NCBI GenBank assembly: GCA_018713205.1
Contig: DVFN01000015.1
Span: forward strand, 23,553 to 87,552
DNA: 64,000 bases
Direction: 5' to 3'
Source of the DNA: Candidatus Avoscillospira stercorigallinarum
Lineage (GTDB): Bacteria; Bacillota; Clostridia; Oscillospirales; Oscillospiraceae
In this document: positions 46,267 through 55,310 of the stretch, piece by piece
Layout: every line of letters begins with the position of its first letter
How positions within the stretch are numbered: the stretch's first letter is position 1
Notes under the pieces: model-generated
Databases searched by the model: none
Seen by the model: the letters and a program-made list of their open reading frames with translations, nothing else
Told to the model about the DNA's origin: nothing
Program-made: the position numbers and the translations under genes

Positions 46267-47244
46267 TTATAAGCCAGTCATAGCGGCCAGGGCGTCGCAC
46301 TGCTCCTGGTTGAGGCCCTTCTTCATGGAGAGGCCCTCTTCGATGTCCACATCGACCATGGAGCCGTGATTGGAGCAGATGACCCGGTTGGTCCGGCCGG
46401 CCAGCAGGACCTCCACGGCGGCGTAGCCCATACGGGTGGCCATGACCCGGTCCCGGGCGGTGGGCGTGCCGCCGCGCTGGACGTGGCCCAGGATGGTCAC
46501 GCGGGGATCGAGGCCCAGCTCCTCATGGATGCGGTTGCTGATCTCCATGGCCTTGCCGGCGCCCTCGGCGACGACGATCATGTAGTGGGTCTTGCCGGAG
46601 AGGCGGGCCCGGCGGATCTTTTCCACCACGTCCCGGTCGAAGTCCATGGGCAGCTCGGGCATCAGCACGGCGGTCGCGCCCACGGCCAGGCCCACGTAGA
46701 GAGCCAGATGGCCGGCGTTGCGGCCCATGACCTCCACGACGGAGCAGCGCTCGTGGGACTGCATGGTGTCCCGCAGACGGTCGATGGCGTCCACGGCGGT
46801 ATTGGAGGCGGTGTCGAAGCCGATGGTGTAGTCGGTGCAGACGATGTCGTTGTCGATGGTGGCGGGGATGCCGACCACGGACACGCCGGTCTTGGCCAGC
46901 GCCTGTGCGCCCCGGAAGGTGCCGTCGCCGCCGATGGCCACAATACCGTCCAGACCCAGAAGCTTGCAGGTGGCGGCAGCCCGCTGCTGGCCGGACTCGG
47001 TGCGGAACTCATCGCTGCGGGCGGTGTAGAGGATGGTGCCGCCTCGATTGATGATATGGGTGACGGTGCCGGCGTCCATACGGACGATATCGCCGTTGAT
47101 AAGGCCGTTGTAGCCGCGGCGGATGCCGATGCACTCGATGCCGCGGTACAGGCAGTCGCGGACTACGGCGCGGATGGCGGCGTTCATACCCGGGGCGTCA
47201 CCGCCGCTGGTGAGGACGCCAATGCGTTTCACAGGATGGTTCAT
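46267..47244 (-). CDS. pfkA: ATP-dependent 6-phosphofructokinase
   Basis: Start trimmed to ATG 47244 (MNHPVKRIGVLTSGGDAPGMNAAIRAV). Motifs IGGDGT, PATIDND and LGHVQRGG. Confidence 0.93.
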   Translation of the reverse strand: MNHPVKRIGVLTSGGDAPGMNAAIRAVVRDCLYRGIECIGIRRGYNGLINGDIVRMDAGTVTHIINRGGTILYTARSDEFRTESGQQRAAATCKLLGLDGIVAIGGDGTFRGAQALAKTGVSVVGIPATIDNDIVCTDYTIGFDTASNTAVDAIDRLRDTMQSHERCSVVEVMGRNAGHLALYVGLAVGATAVLMPELPMDFDRDVVEKIRRARLSGKTHYMIVVAEGAGKAMEISNRIHEELGLDPRVTILGHVQRGGTPTARDRVMATRMGYAAVEVLLAGRTNRVICSNHGSMVDVDIEEGLSMKKGLNQEQCDALAAMTGL

Positions 47245-47302
47245 GGTCAAACACCTCGTTATCAATTGATATAGGCCGAACTCAGACGGCGCGTTTGATA
47301 GT

Positions 47303-47331
47303 ATTTTATACGATTTTCGGTTCATTGTAAA
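47303..47331 (-). promoter_or_regulatory. candidate sigma-A promoter for pfkA
   Basis: Minus strand TTTACA (47326-47331) - 17 nt - TAAAAT (47303-47308). Confidence 0.45.
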
Positions 47332-47433
47332 GGCATGGAGCCGGCGGCAGAAATATTTTTCCGTCAGTGGAAACCTAAACCGTCCATTCTTCGTCCAATG
47401 TATTAGGATTTCATAAATATCTGCGTTTTCTCA

Positions 47434-47461
47434 TTGACACAACTGTATGAGCAGCTATAAT
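47434..47461 (+). promoter_or_regulatory. near-consensus sigma-A promoter for ABC transporter operon
   Basis: TTGACA (47434-47439) - 16 nt - TATAAT (47456-47461). AGGAGG RBS at 47484-47489 and ATG at 47496. Confidence 0.65.
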
Positions 47462-47495
47462 ACACTTGTGAGTATAGTACATCAGGAGGTTCCTT

Positions 47496-49898
47496 ATGAA
47501 GTATCGAATTCTTGCCCTATTTTTGGCGTGCCTGACCATGGCCGGGCTTTTGGCCGGGTGCAGCAAACCGGCCGAGACGGACTCCGACAGCGAGACCGAG
47601 GGTCCGCAGTACGCCTATCAGACTACCTTCACGCCCCTGGATCTGACGGAGCAGAAGGTCCAGTACATCAACAGCATGTGCCTCAGCGGCGACGCCATGT
47701 ATCTGGCGGCCAACTGCGTTGTGGGCCAGGAGGAGTCCATCGACCCCGAGACCAATGAGCCCTATCTGGATGATAACCAGGAGCCTGTGATGTACGACGT
47801 CTATGAAACGCGGATTCTGGCCATGAATCTGGACACCCAGGAAGTCCGGCAGCTGGACGGCTACACGCCTTCGGAAATTCCGGAGGGTATGGAGGGCAGC
47901 GTCAATATCTCCGGCATCACCCCCGGCGCCGACGGCACCATCTGGATCTGCGAGGATATGTACACCTATTACTACGATCTGCCCGAGGACTACAACGAAG
48001 AGACCGACGACATGTGGAATTACTACGTCGAGGGCGGCAATTCCACCAAGTACATCCAGCTGGACGCCGAAGGCCAGGTGCTCCAGACCAAGCCCTTCCA
48101 GGTGGAAAACGTCAGCCTGTCCGGCATGGCCATCGACGGCGAGGGCAACTTCTACGGCTCCGACTGGCAGAACCTCTATCTCTTCAATGACGATGGCACC
48201 GTGGCCGCCACCATTCCGGTGGAGAACGGCATCAACAGCCTGATTCGTCTGGGCGACGGCAAGGTCTATGTCAATATGTATCTCCAGAAGGAAGAGGAGT
48301 ACTACAACGCGCTGGTGCCTGTGGATACGGCGGCCAAGGCCCTGGGCGAGGAGGAGATCCGTATCCCCAACAACGCCTACCAGGTCTACCCCGGCGACGA
48401 GAACTACTTCTTCTACTATAACTACAACGGTACCATCTACGGCTACAAGAAGGATGTGGAGAATGGCGAGCGGCTCTTTGCCTGGATCGACTGCGACCTC
48501 AATGAGAATGACATCCAGCAGTTCTCCATCCGCGCCGACGGCAGCGTCCTGGCCATGGAGGGCCGCTACAACGAGACTACCAGCGAGCAGGAATATAACC
48601 TGGTCACCATCCGGCAGGTGGACGCCTCCACCTTGCCCGAGCAGGTGGAGCTGACGCTGGCCTGCATGTATCTGGACTGGGATCTGCGCAATGAGATCGT
48701 GGAGTTCAACCGCCAGAAGAACGGCATCCGCGTCAACGTGGCGGACTATTCCCAGTATAACACCGAGGACGACTACACCGCCGGCATCCAGAAGCTCAAC
48801 ACCGAGATTCTCTCCGGCAAGGTGCCGGATATTCTGGTGACCGACAGCCTGCCCATCAAGCAGTTTACCGCCAAGGGCCTGCTGCTGGATCTCTATCCGC
48901 TGATCGACGCCGACGAGGAGCTCAGCCGCGAGGATCTGATGACCCACTTCTTTGACACCATTGCCGAGGACGGCAAGCTCTATCAGATCGTGGACACCTT
49001 TGCCATCGACTCCGTGGCCGGCCGGGCCAGCGTGGTGGGCGACCGCACCAGCTGGACTCTCCAGGATCTGATGGACGCCAAGGCCTCCATGGGCGACAAT
49101 GTCTCCATTTTCGGCGAGTACGATACCAAATCCGGCGTCCTCTACTCCTGCCTGAGCCACGCCATTGACAGCTTTATCGACTGGGAAGCCAGAACCTGCT
49201 CCTTCGACAGCCAGGAGTTTATCGATATGCTGAACTTTGCCAACCAGTTCCCCAAGGAGTTCAACTACGAGGACTACGACTGGGAGACCAGTGAGAGCGA
49301 GTTTGCGCGCATTCACAACGGCAAGCAGATGCTGACCCGCGCCTACATCTATTCTCTCAGCGACATCCAGTATCAGAGCCTCTACTTTGACGGCGACGTG
49401 GCCTTTGTAGGCTATCCCACCACCGGCAGCACCGGCAGCACCTTCACCTTCAGTACCGGTCTGGCTATTTCCGCCGCCTGCCAGCACCCCGACGAGGCGT
49501 GGAAGTTCGTCCGGACCTTCCTCACCGAGGACTACCAGACGAAGGAATATATGTACGAGCTGCCCACCAATAAGCACTCCTTCGACGCCTATGCCGAGCA
49601 GGCCATGAAGCAGGAATACTATACCGATCCCGAGAACGGCGAGGCGAAGCCCGTCTCCACCGGCGGCATCGGCTTCGGTGACGGCGAGATGATCGAGCTC
49701 TATGCCATCACCCAGGAGGAGCTGGACCTGTTTATGAAGCTCTATGAGAGCTGCGGCGGCGTTACATCTTACAACGAGAATATCAGCAACATCGTCAACG
49801 AGGAGACCGCCGCTTTCTTCGACGGCCAGAAGACCGCCGAGGAGACCGCCTCCCTGATCCAGAACCGCGTCTCCCTGTACATCCAGGAGCAGAAATAA
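47496..49898 (+). CDS. extracellular solute-binding lipoprotein (family-1 SBP) with ~360-aa N-terminal extra domain
   Basis: 800 aa. Lipobox LLAGC. Residues from about 384 to the end look like a sugar-type SBP (ILSGKVPDILVTDS...). Residues 22-383 form an extra Y/W/G/D-rich repeat domain. Confidence 0.8.
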   Translation: MKYRILALFLACLTMAGLLAGCSKPAETDSDSETEGPQYAYQTTFTPLDLTEQKVQYINSMCLSGDAMYLAANCVVGQEESIDPETNEPYLDDNQEPVMYDVYETRILAMNLDTQEVRQLDGYTPSEIPEGMEGSVNISGITPGADGTIWICEDMYTYYYDLPEDYNEETDDMWNYYVEGGNSTKYIQLDAEGQVLQTKPFQVENVSLSGMAIDGEGNFYGSDWQNLYLFNDDGTVAATIPVENGINSLIRLGDGKVYVNMYLQKEEEYYNALVPVDTAAKALGEEEIRIPNNAYQVYPGDENYFFYYNYNGTIYGYKKDVENGERLFAWIDCDLNENDIQQFSIRADGSVLAMEGRYNETTSEQEYNLVTIRQVDASTLPEQVELTLACMYLDWDLRNEIVEFNRQKNGIRVNVADYSQYNTEDDYTAGIQKLNTEILSGKVPDILVTDSLPIKQFTAKGLLLDLYPLIDADEELSREDLMTHFFDTIAEDGKLYQIVDTFAIDSVAGRASVVGDRTSWTLQDLMDAKASMGDNVSIFGEYDTKSGVLYSCLSHAIDSFIDWEARTCSFDSQEFIDMLNFANQFPKEFNYEDYDWETSESEFARIHNGKQMLTRAYIYSLSDIQYQSLYFDGDVAFVGYPTTGSTGSTFTFSTGLAISAACQHPDEAWKFVRTFLTEDYQTKEYMYELPTNKHSFDAYAEQAMKQEYYTDPENGEAKPVSTGGIGFGDGEMIELYAITQEELDLFMKLYESCGGVTSYNENISNIVNEETAAFFDGQKTAEETASLIQNRVSLYIQEQK

Positions 49899-49907
49899 TC
49901 GCGTGCC

Positions 49908-49936
49908 GCGGGGACGGCCATGGTGGCCGCCCCCGC
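49908..49936 (+). promoter_or_regulatory. intercistronic stem-loop between SBP and permease genes
   Basis: GCGGGGACGGCCA-tgg-TGGCCGCCCCCGC (13 bp, one mismatch), 10 nt after the SBP stop. Typical position for an mRNA-stabilising or attenuating hairpin in ABC operons. Confidence 0.5.
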
Positions 49937-50006
49937 CCGGCCGTGCCGCCCGACGGGCTGAACGTTTCTCTCCGCCGCCCACCCCGCATAGAATCGAGCT
50001 GAACCT

Positions 50007-50939
50007 ATGGAAAAAACCAAATCCAAACCTGCCCGCCGGATCCGGCCGCTGCGCCGGGCCTTTGACCGGAGCAACGATGCCATCCGCAATGTGATGCACG
50101 CCTCCTGCTTCCTGGGCCCCAGCTTTCTCGGCGTGCTGGTGTTCTTTATTGTGCCCTTCGGCGTGGTGGTGTACTATTCCTTTATCAAGGGCCCCATGGA
50201 CGCCAGCTTTGCCGGCCTCGCCAACTATGAAAGCGTCCTCACCAACGGCGCCTTTCACACTGCGGTGAAAAACACCCTGGTGTTCACCGGAATCGCGGTG
50301 CCCCTGGCCGTGGTGCTGTCTCTGGTGCTGGCGCTGATGCTGGAGTGCCGGATTCCGCTGAAATCCCAGTTCCGCACCTTCTTTTTGAGCCCCATGGTGG
50401 TGCCGATTGCCTCCATCATCCTGGTCTGGCAGGTGCTGTTCCACTCCAACGGCGTGGTCAATGAATTCCTCGCCAATTTCGGGGTGGAGAAGATCGACTG
50501 GCTCAAATCGGACTTCTGTAAGGTGGTCATCGTAGTCCTCTTCGAGTGGAAAAACCTGGGCTATTTTATGATCCTCTTTATGGCGGCCCTGAACAATATC
50601 CCCCGGACGCTCCTGGAGGTGGCCGACGTGGAGGGCGCTTCGGCGCTCCACAAGTTCTTCAAGATCAAGCTGCGGTACCTGTCGCCGACGGTGCTGTTTG
50701 TGACCATTCTGGCCATTATCAACTCCTTCAAGGTATTCCGGGAGATCTACCTGCTCACCGGCGATTACCCCTATACGGGGCTGTATATGATGCAGCATTT
50801 TATGAACAACATGTTCAATAAAAACCTGGATTACCAGCGGCTTTCCGCCGCGGCGGTGATTCTGGCCCTGGGCATGGTGGTGCTGATCGCCATTCTCTTC
50901 GCGGTGGAGAACTGGTTCGGAAAGGATGTGGAAGGATGA
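50007..50939 (+). CDS. carbohydrate ABC transporter permease (MalF/UgpA-like)
   Basis: 310 aa. Polytopic, with an EAA-type loop (EVADVEGASALHKFFKIKLRYL). Confidence 0.88.
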   Translation: MEKTKSKPARRIRPLRRAFDRSNDAIRNVMHASCFLGPSFLGVLVFFIVPFGVVVYYSFIKGPMDASFAGLANYESVLTNGAFHTAVKNTLVFTGIAVPLAVVLSLVLALMLECRIPLKSQFRTFFLSPMVVPIASIILVWQVLFHSNGVVNEFLANFGVEKIDWLKSDFCKVVIVVLFEWKNLGYFMILFMAALNNIPRTLLEVADVEGASALHKFFKIKLRYLSPTVLFVTILAIINSFKVFREIYLLTGDYPYTGLYMMQHFMNNMFNKNLDYQRLSAAAVILALGMVVLIAILFAVENWFGKDVEG

Positions 50940-51817
50940 AAAAGCCCCGGCTCTTTGGCCGCACGGCCCTGACCATCCTGGCGGCGGTGTTCGCCCTGCT
51001 GTTCCTGCTGCCCACGGTCCTGACCATTACCAACTCCTTTATGACCCAGAGCGAAATCACGGCCAACTACGGCCAGGTCTTCGCCACGGTCAAGCAGGGG
51101 ACCAGCTATATCGCCGATACCATCAACCTGAAATTTATCCCCGACAAGGTGAGCTTTTCCCAGTATATTACCGTCCTGTTCCGGAGCCCGGACTATCTCT
51201 TGAAGTTCTGGAATTCGGTGATCCTGGTGGTGCCCATCGTGATTTTGCAGCTGATTATTGCCTCGGTGGCGGCCTACGGCTTCACCCGCTGGCGCGGCAA
51301 GGTCAGCGACGTGATTTTCTTTTCCTACGTCATTCTGATGCTGATGCCCTACCAGGTGACCCTGGTGCCCAATTACCTGGTCAGCGATTGGCTGGGCATC
51401 CTCAATACCCGTTGGGCCATCATCCTGCCCGGCGCCTTTGCGCCCTTCTCGGTGTTTTTGCTCACCAAGTTTATGCGGCGCATCCCCAATTCCCTGATCG
51501 AGGCCGCTAAGCTGGACGGCTCCAGCGAGTTCCAGATTTTTAAGAATATCTGCCTGCCCCAGTGCCGCAGCGCCCTCTATTCCATCGCCATTCTGGTCTT
51601 CATCGACTACTGGAACATGGTCGAGCAGCCGCTGATCCTGCTGCCCGACGCCTCCCAGCAGCCCCTGTCGGTGTACCTGTCCACGATCAACTCCGGCGAG
51701 ATCGGCATTGCCTTTGCCATCGCCGTGATCTATATGATCCCCGGCCTGCTGCTGTTCCTCCACGGCGAGGAGTACCTGGTCGAGGGCATCGCCCACTCCG
51801 GCTCGGTCAAGGGATAA
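50936..51817 (+). CDS. carbohydrate ABC transporter permease (MalG/UgpE-like)
   Basis: 293 aa. EAA loop (IEAAKLDGSSEFQIFKNICLPQ). ATGA overlap with the upstream permease. Confidence 0.88.
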   Translation: MKKPRLFGRTALTILAAVFALLFLLPTVLTITNSFMTQSEITANYGQVFATVKQGTSYIADTINLKFIPDKVSFSQYITVLFRSPDYLLKFWNSVILVVPIVILQLIIASVAAYGFTRWRGKVSDVIFFSYVILMLMPYQVTLVPNYLVSDWLGILNTRWAIILPGAFAPFSVFLLTKFMRRIPNSLIEAAKLDGSSEFQIFKNICLPQCRSALYSIAILVFIDYWNMVEQPLILLPDASQQPLSVYLSTINSGEIGIAFAIAVIYMIPGLLLFLHGEEYLVEGIAHSGSVKG

Positions 51818-51835
51818 GCGCCCGCGCCCATGCGA

Positions 51836-51910
51836 GTGAAATCGCCGGTGGCGGTGAAATATGGCTGCGCCAAGTGAAATGTCCCTGCGGGACGTGAAAT
51901 GCCTCCGGCG
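51836..51910 (+). repeat. tandem GTGAAAT + mini-hairpin array (4 units, ~20-bp period)
   Basis: GTGAAAT at 51836, 51854, 51874 and 51894. The first three copies are each followed by a different 4-5 bp mini-palindrome (CGCC-ggt-GGCG, TGGC-tgc-GCCA, GTCCC-tgc-GGGAC). The fourth is followed only by a weak 3-bp one (GCC-tcc-GGC). Confidence 0.75.
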
Positions 51911-51963
51911 TGTTGCCCGGGACCCGGTCGCGATTCCCGCCAGGCCCCATTGGTTCCACCCTC

Positions 51964-52172
51964 GTAGGGGCGGCTATCAGCCGCCCGGACCGCGTTGCCG
52001 AAACCGCCAAGCCTGCGATTTGCGCACCACGGCAGCGGCGGCATGTGGGCATGCCGCCCTACGGTGTTCGGCGAACGTGCGGTGGAACTCACAGCCTTAC
52101 TCGGGCGGCTGCTAGCCGCCCCTACGACCAGCCGTTGATCCGTACCGTAGGGCGGGGTGCCCACACCCCGCC
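51964..52172. repeat. REP/BIME-like cluster I (4 units)
   Basis: Units 51964-51987(+), 52037-52062(-), 52102-52125(-), 52147-52172(+). Confidence 0.9.
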
Positions 52173-52284
52173 GGGGCAGCTTCCATTGCCCGGACAAACC
52201 ATTTACCCCGCGTCCCCCCGATGGGGCCGCACCAATCACCCTGCGCCCCAGGGCGCCAATCCACAGAGAGAGGTATGATACCCT

Positions 52285-54252
52285 ATGCAAAAGACAAAAC
52301 GGCGGGAATGGGTCAAGACCTTCGCCATTATCTTTCTGGTCATTCTGCTGATCCTGACCTTTTTCTCCCAGACGATTATGAACCGCTCTCTGCCGGAGGT
52401 GGCGGCCCAGTACGTGGAGTCCGGCACCATCAACGCCAAGATCCGCGGTAGCGGCGCGGTGTCCGCCGACGAGACCTATGACGTGACCATCAGCCAGACC
52501 CGGAAGATCCGCAGCGTCCTGGTGAAGGTGGGCGACACGGTCAACGCCGGCGACGTCCTCTTTATGCTGGAGCCCGCCGACAGCGAGGAGCTCAAGACGG
52601 CCCAGAAGACCCTCAGCGACCTGGAGCTGGCCTACCAGAAGAGCCTCATCGAGGCCGGCAACGCCAGCTCCACCGAAAACCGGGAGGTCCAAAAGCTCCG
52701 CGACGCCTATAACGAGGCGCTGGCAACTTTGCGGCTCTATAGCAGCGCTGACCCCAGCCAGATCACTGCCGCATTGGAACAGGCGAAGGTTGAATTGACT
52801 TCGTTGCAGCGCGCTTCGGCAGATGCTGAATCCGCATTGGCGGAGGTCAACACGGAACTGACGGAGGCACAGCAGGCGGCCACAGACGCAAGCTCTGCCG
52901 TGACAACGTTGCAGACGGAAATCAGCGCGCTGGATACGCAGCTGGAAACATTGATTGTTGCCAGTCGGGATAAAACACGTGCAATTGAAGATGCACAGAA
53001 GAAACTGAATGAAGCATATGAAACTAAAAATCGCGATTGGGCGATTCACCAGCTGCGATATGAGGAATTGCAGGGCTATGCCACGGAAAATGGAGTGGTG
53101 AATTATACGCTTATGGCCGCCTATGCAGCGGATACGTCTTTCCTGCAAAGATCGAAGCCCGATATTGAATTTACGGAAGATGATTTGAAAGCACTTGCAG
53201 ACGCCTACGATACCATTTCCAAGGACGACGCGACCATTGCCGAACTGGAAACGACTCTGCGTCAACTCCAGCAAGACGCCAATGACCCGGTCACTGGTGC
53301 GACAATGGCACAGCAAATTCAGGACCTGGAAAACGAAAAGACATCAAAAGAGAGAGAGCTGCGTACAAAACAGTATGAAGCCGATGCTGCCGCTGTTCAG
53401 GTCGAGCAGGTCAAGAGCCGTGTGGAGCGCTATCAGGAGGACGCTACCGCCGCAAAACGCACTGCCGAAGACAAGCAGGCCGAGGTCGATAAGCTGACCG
53501 CCGCCTCCACCGCCGCTGAAACCCTCAAAACGGCCCAGACGGCGCTGGAGGACAAGGTCTTCGAGACCAGCCTGGGGGACTCCGCCAGCCTGGATCTGCA
53601 GAACTCCAAGAAGGCCATTGAGGAGCAGCAGAAGGTGGTGGACGAGCTGATGGCCCAGGCCGACGGCCAGGAGGTCACGGCCAATGTCTCCGGCAAGGTC
53701 ACGGCCATCAACGTCACCGCGGGCAACTCCGCCGGAGCCGATACCGCGCTGGCCACGCTGACCGTGGTGGACCGGGGCTATACCGTCAAGATTGCCGTCA
53801 CCGCCGACCAGGCCAAGCAGGTCACCATCGGCGACACCGCCACCATCACCAACTATTATAACGGCGACATCACCGCCACCCTGGAGAACATCGCCAACGA
53901 TCCCCAGAACCCCGGCAAGGGCAAGCTGCTGGTGTTCCGCCTCTCCGGCGAGGGCGTGGAGGCCGGGTCCAATATCACCCTCTCCATCGGCCAGCGCAGC
54001 GCTACCTATGACACGCTGGTGCCCAACAGCGCCCTTCGCAATGACGCCAACGGCGACTTCGTCCTGGTGGTCACCGCCAAGAATACGCCTCTGGGCAACC
54101 GCTACACCGCCACCCGCGTCGGCGTGACGGTCCTGGCCAAGGACGACACCAAGAGCGCCGTCACCGGCCTGAGCAGCGGCGACTTTGTTATCACCACCTC
54201 CACCGCGCCCATTGAGGCCGGTACCCAGGTCAGGCTGGTGGACAACGGATGA
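52285..54252 (+). CDS. HlyD/membrane-fusion-family adaptor with unusually long coiled coil
   Basis: 655 aa. N-terminal TM, lipoyl-like half (VKVGDTVNAGDVLFMLEP), about 330 aa of heptad-rich A/E/Q/L sequence, the second lipoyl half (VTANVSGKVTAINV), and a beta-barrel C-terminus. Confidence 0.8.
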   Translation: MQKTKRREWVKTFAIIFLVILLILTFFSQTIMNRSLPEVAAQYVESGTINAKIRGSGAVSADETYDVTISQTRKIRSVLVKVGDTVNAGDVLFMLEPADSEELKTAQKTLSDLELAYQKSLIEAGNASSTENREVQKLRDAYNEALATLRLYSSADPSQITAALEQAKVELTSLQRASADAESALAEVNTELTEAQQAATDASSAVTTLQTEISALDTQLETLIVASRDKTRAIEDAQKKLNEAYETKNRDWAIHQLRYEELQGYATENGVVNYTLMAAYAADTSFLQRSKPDIEFTEDDLKALADAYDTISKDDATIAELETTLRQLQQDANDPVTGATMAQQIQDLENEKTSKERELRTKQYEADAAAVQVEQVKSRVERYQEDATAAKRTAEDKQAEVDKLTAASTAAETLKTAQTALEDKVFETSLGDSASLDLQNSKKAIEEQQKVVDELMAQADGQEVTANVSGKVTAINVTAGNSAGADTALATLTVVDRGYTVKIAVTADQAKQVTIGDTATITNYYNGDITATLENIANDPQNPGKGKLLVFRLSGEGVEAGSNITLSIGQRSATYDTLVPNSALRNDANGDFVLVVTAKNTPLGNRYTATRVGVTVLAKDDTKSAVTGLSSGDFVITTSTAPIEAGTQVRLVDNG

Positions 54253-55307
54253 AGATACACGTTGACCGCCGCCGCTGGAATCTGGCCATTGTCAACCTGG
54301 TACTGGTGATTCTGGTGCTGATCTGCCTGGGAATCTTTGCCGCCGTGGCCGGGACCCTGGACTCCATTCACGCGGCCGACCGGTTCCGGGGGGAGAGCGA
54401 TATGCGCTTTGCCCAAATTGCCTGCTTCCTGCCCGAGGACATCGGAAAGACCGAGTCGGATATCCAGATGTTCCGCGAAACGCTGTCGCAGAAATTCGTG
54501 GACGCCTCCATCGAAGCGCCCGAGGGCGGCAAGCTCTACATAGACGCCTACAGCGGCTCCGCCCGCTTCTCAGTCACCGGCGACCATGGCGCCGCCGAGG
54601 TCAAGGCCATCGGCGTAGGGGGGAACTTCTTCCACTTCCATCCCCTGCGCCTCCGGTCCGGCAGTTATATCGCCGAGGATGACTTCATGCTGGACCGGGT
54701 GGTCCTGGACGAGACCCTGGCCTGGCAGCTCTTCGGCGGCTTCGACGTGGCCGGGCTCACCATCCAGATCAACGGCCAGCCCTTCCAGGTGGCCGGCGTC
54801 GTCCGCCGGGAGAGCGACTTTGCCTCCAAAGAGGCGTATCTCGACGGCGCCAGCCTCTTCCTCTCCTACAGCGCCATGGCGGCGCTGGACGAGAACAGTA
54901 AAATCACCTGCTATGAAATTGTCCTGCCGGACCCCATCACCGGCTTCGGCCTGAGCACCGTCTCCGAGAACTTCGATACCAAGCTGGGCGACGTGGTGGA
55001 AAACAGCCGCCGCTATTCCCTGGAGAATCTGTTCAGCGTCATCGGCGACTTCGGCAAGCGCTCCATGCGCAACAACGGCGTGATATATCCCTATTGGGAG
55101 AATGCCGTCCGTCTCACCGAGGACTATCTGGCGCTGCTGCTGGTGCTGATGCTGCTCTTCGGCCTGTGCCCGGCGGTGACGCTGGCGGTGCTGGCCATCC
55201 GGGCCGTCATCAAGACCTGGCGGACGCTGAAAAAGCAGGTCCCGGCCCGGCTGGACCAGGCGCGGGAGCGCCACCGCGAAAAAATCTATCAGAAGGGCGG
55301 GAAATAG
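54249..55307 (+). CDS. MacB-periplasmic-core-domain (MacB_PCD) membrane protein lacking FtsX bundle
   Basis: 352 aa. N-terminal TM, a MacB_PCD-like ectodomain (GGNFFHFHPLRLRSGSYI...VVLDETLAWQLFG...ING.PF.VAGVV), and one C-terminal TM. ATGA overlap with the adaptor gene. Confidence 0.7.
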   Translation: MKIHVDRRRWNLAIVNLVLVILVLICLGIFAAVAGTLDSIHAADRFRGESDMRFAQIACFLPEDIGKTESDIQMFRETLSQKFVDASIEAPEGGKLYIDAYSGSARFSVTGDHGAAEVKAIGVGGNFFHFHPLRLRSGSYIAEDDFMLDRVVLDETLAWQLFGGFDVAGLTIQINGQPFQVAGVVRRESDFASKEAYLDGASLFLSYSAMAALDENSKITCYEIVLPDPITGFGLSTVSENFDTKLGDVVENSRRYSLENLFSVIGDFGKRSMRNNGVIYPYWENAVRLTEDYLALLLVLMLLFGLCPAVTLAVLAIRAVIKTWRTLKKQVPARLDQARERHREKIYQKGGK

Positions 55308-55310
55308 CCC

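Noticed and set aside
47517-50798. 1093-aa minus-strand ORF spanning the ABC transporter operon
   Set aside because: It crosses three well-supported plus-strand genes and their intergenic hairpin. Its composition is G/V/L/H/A/D-rich, a shadow ORF.
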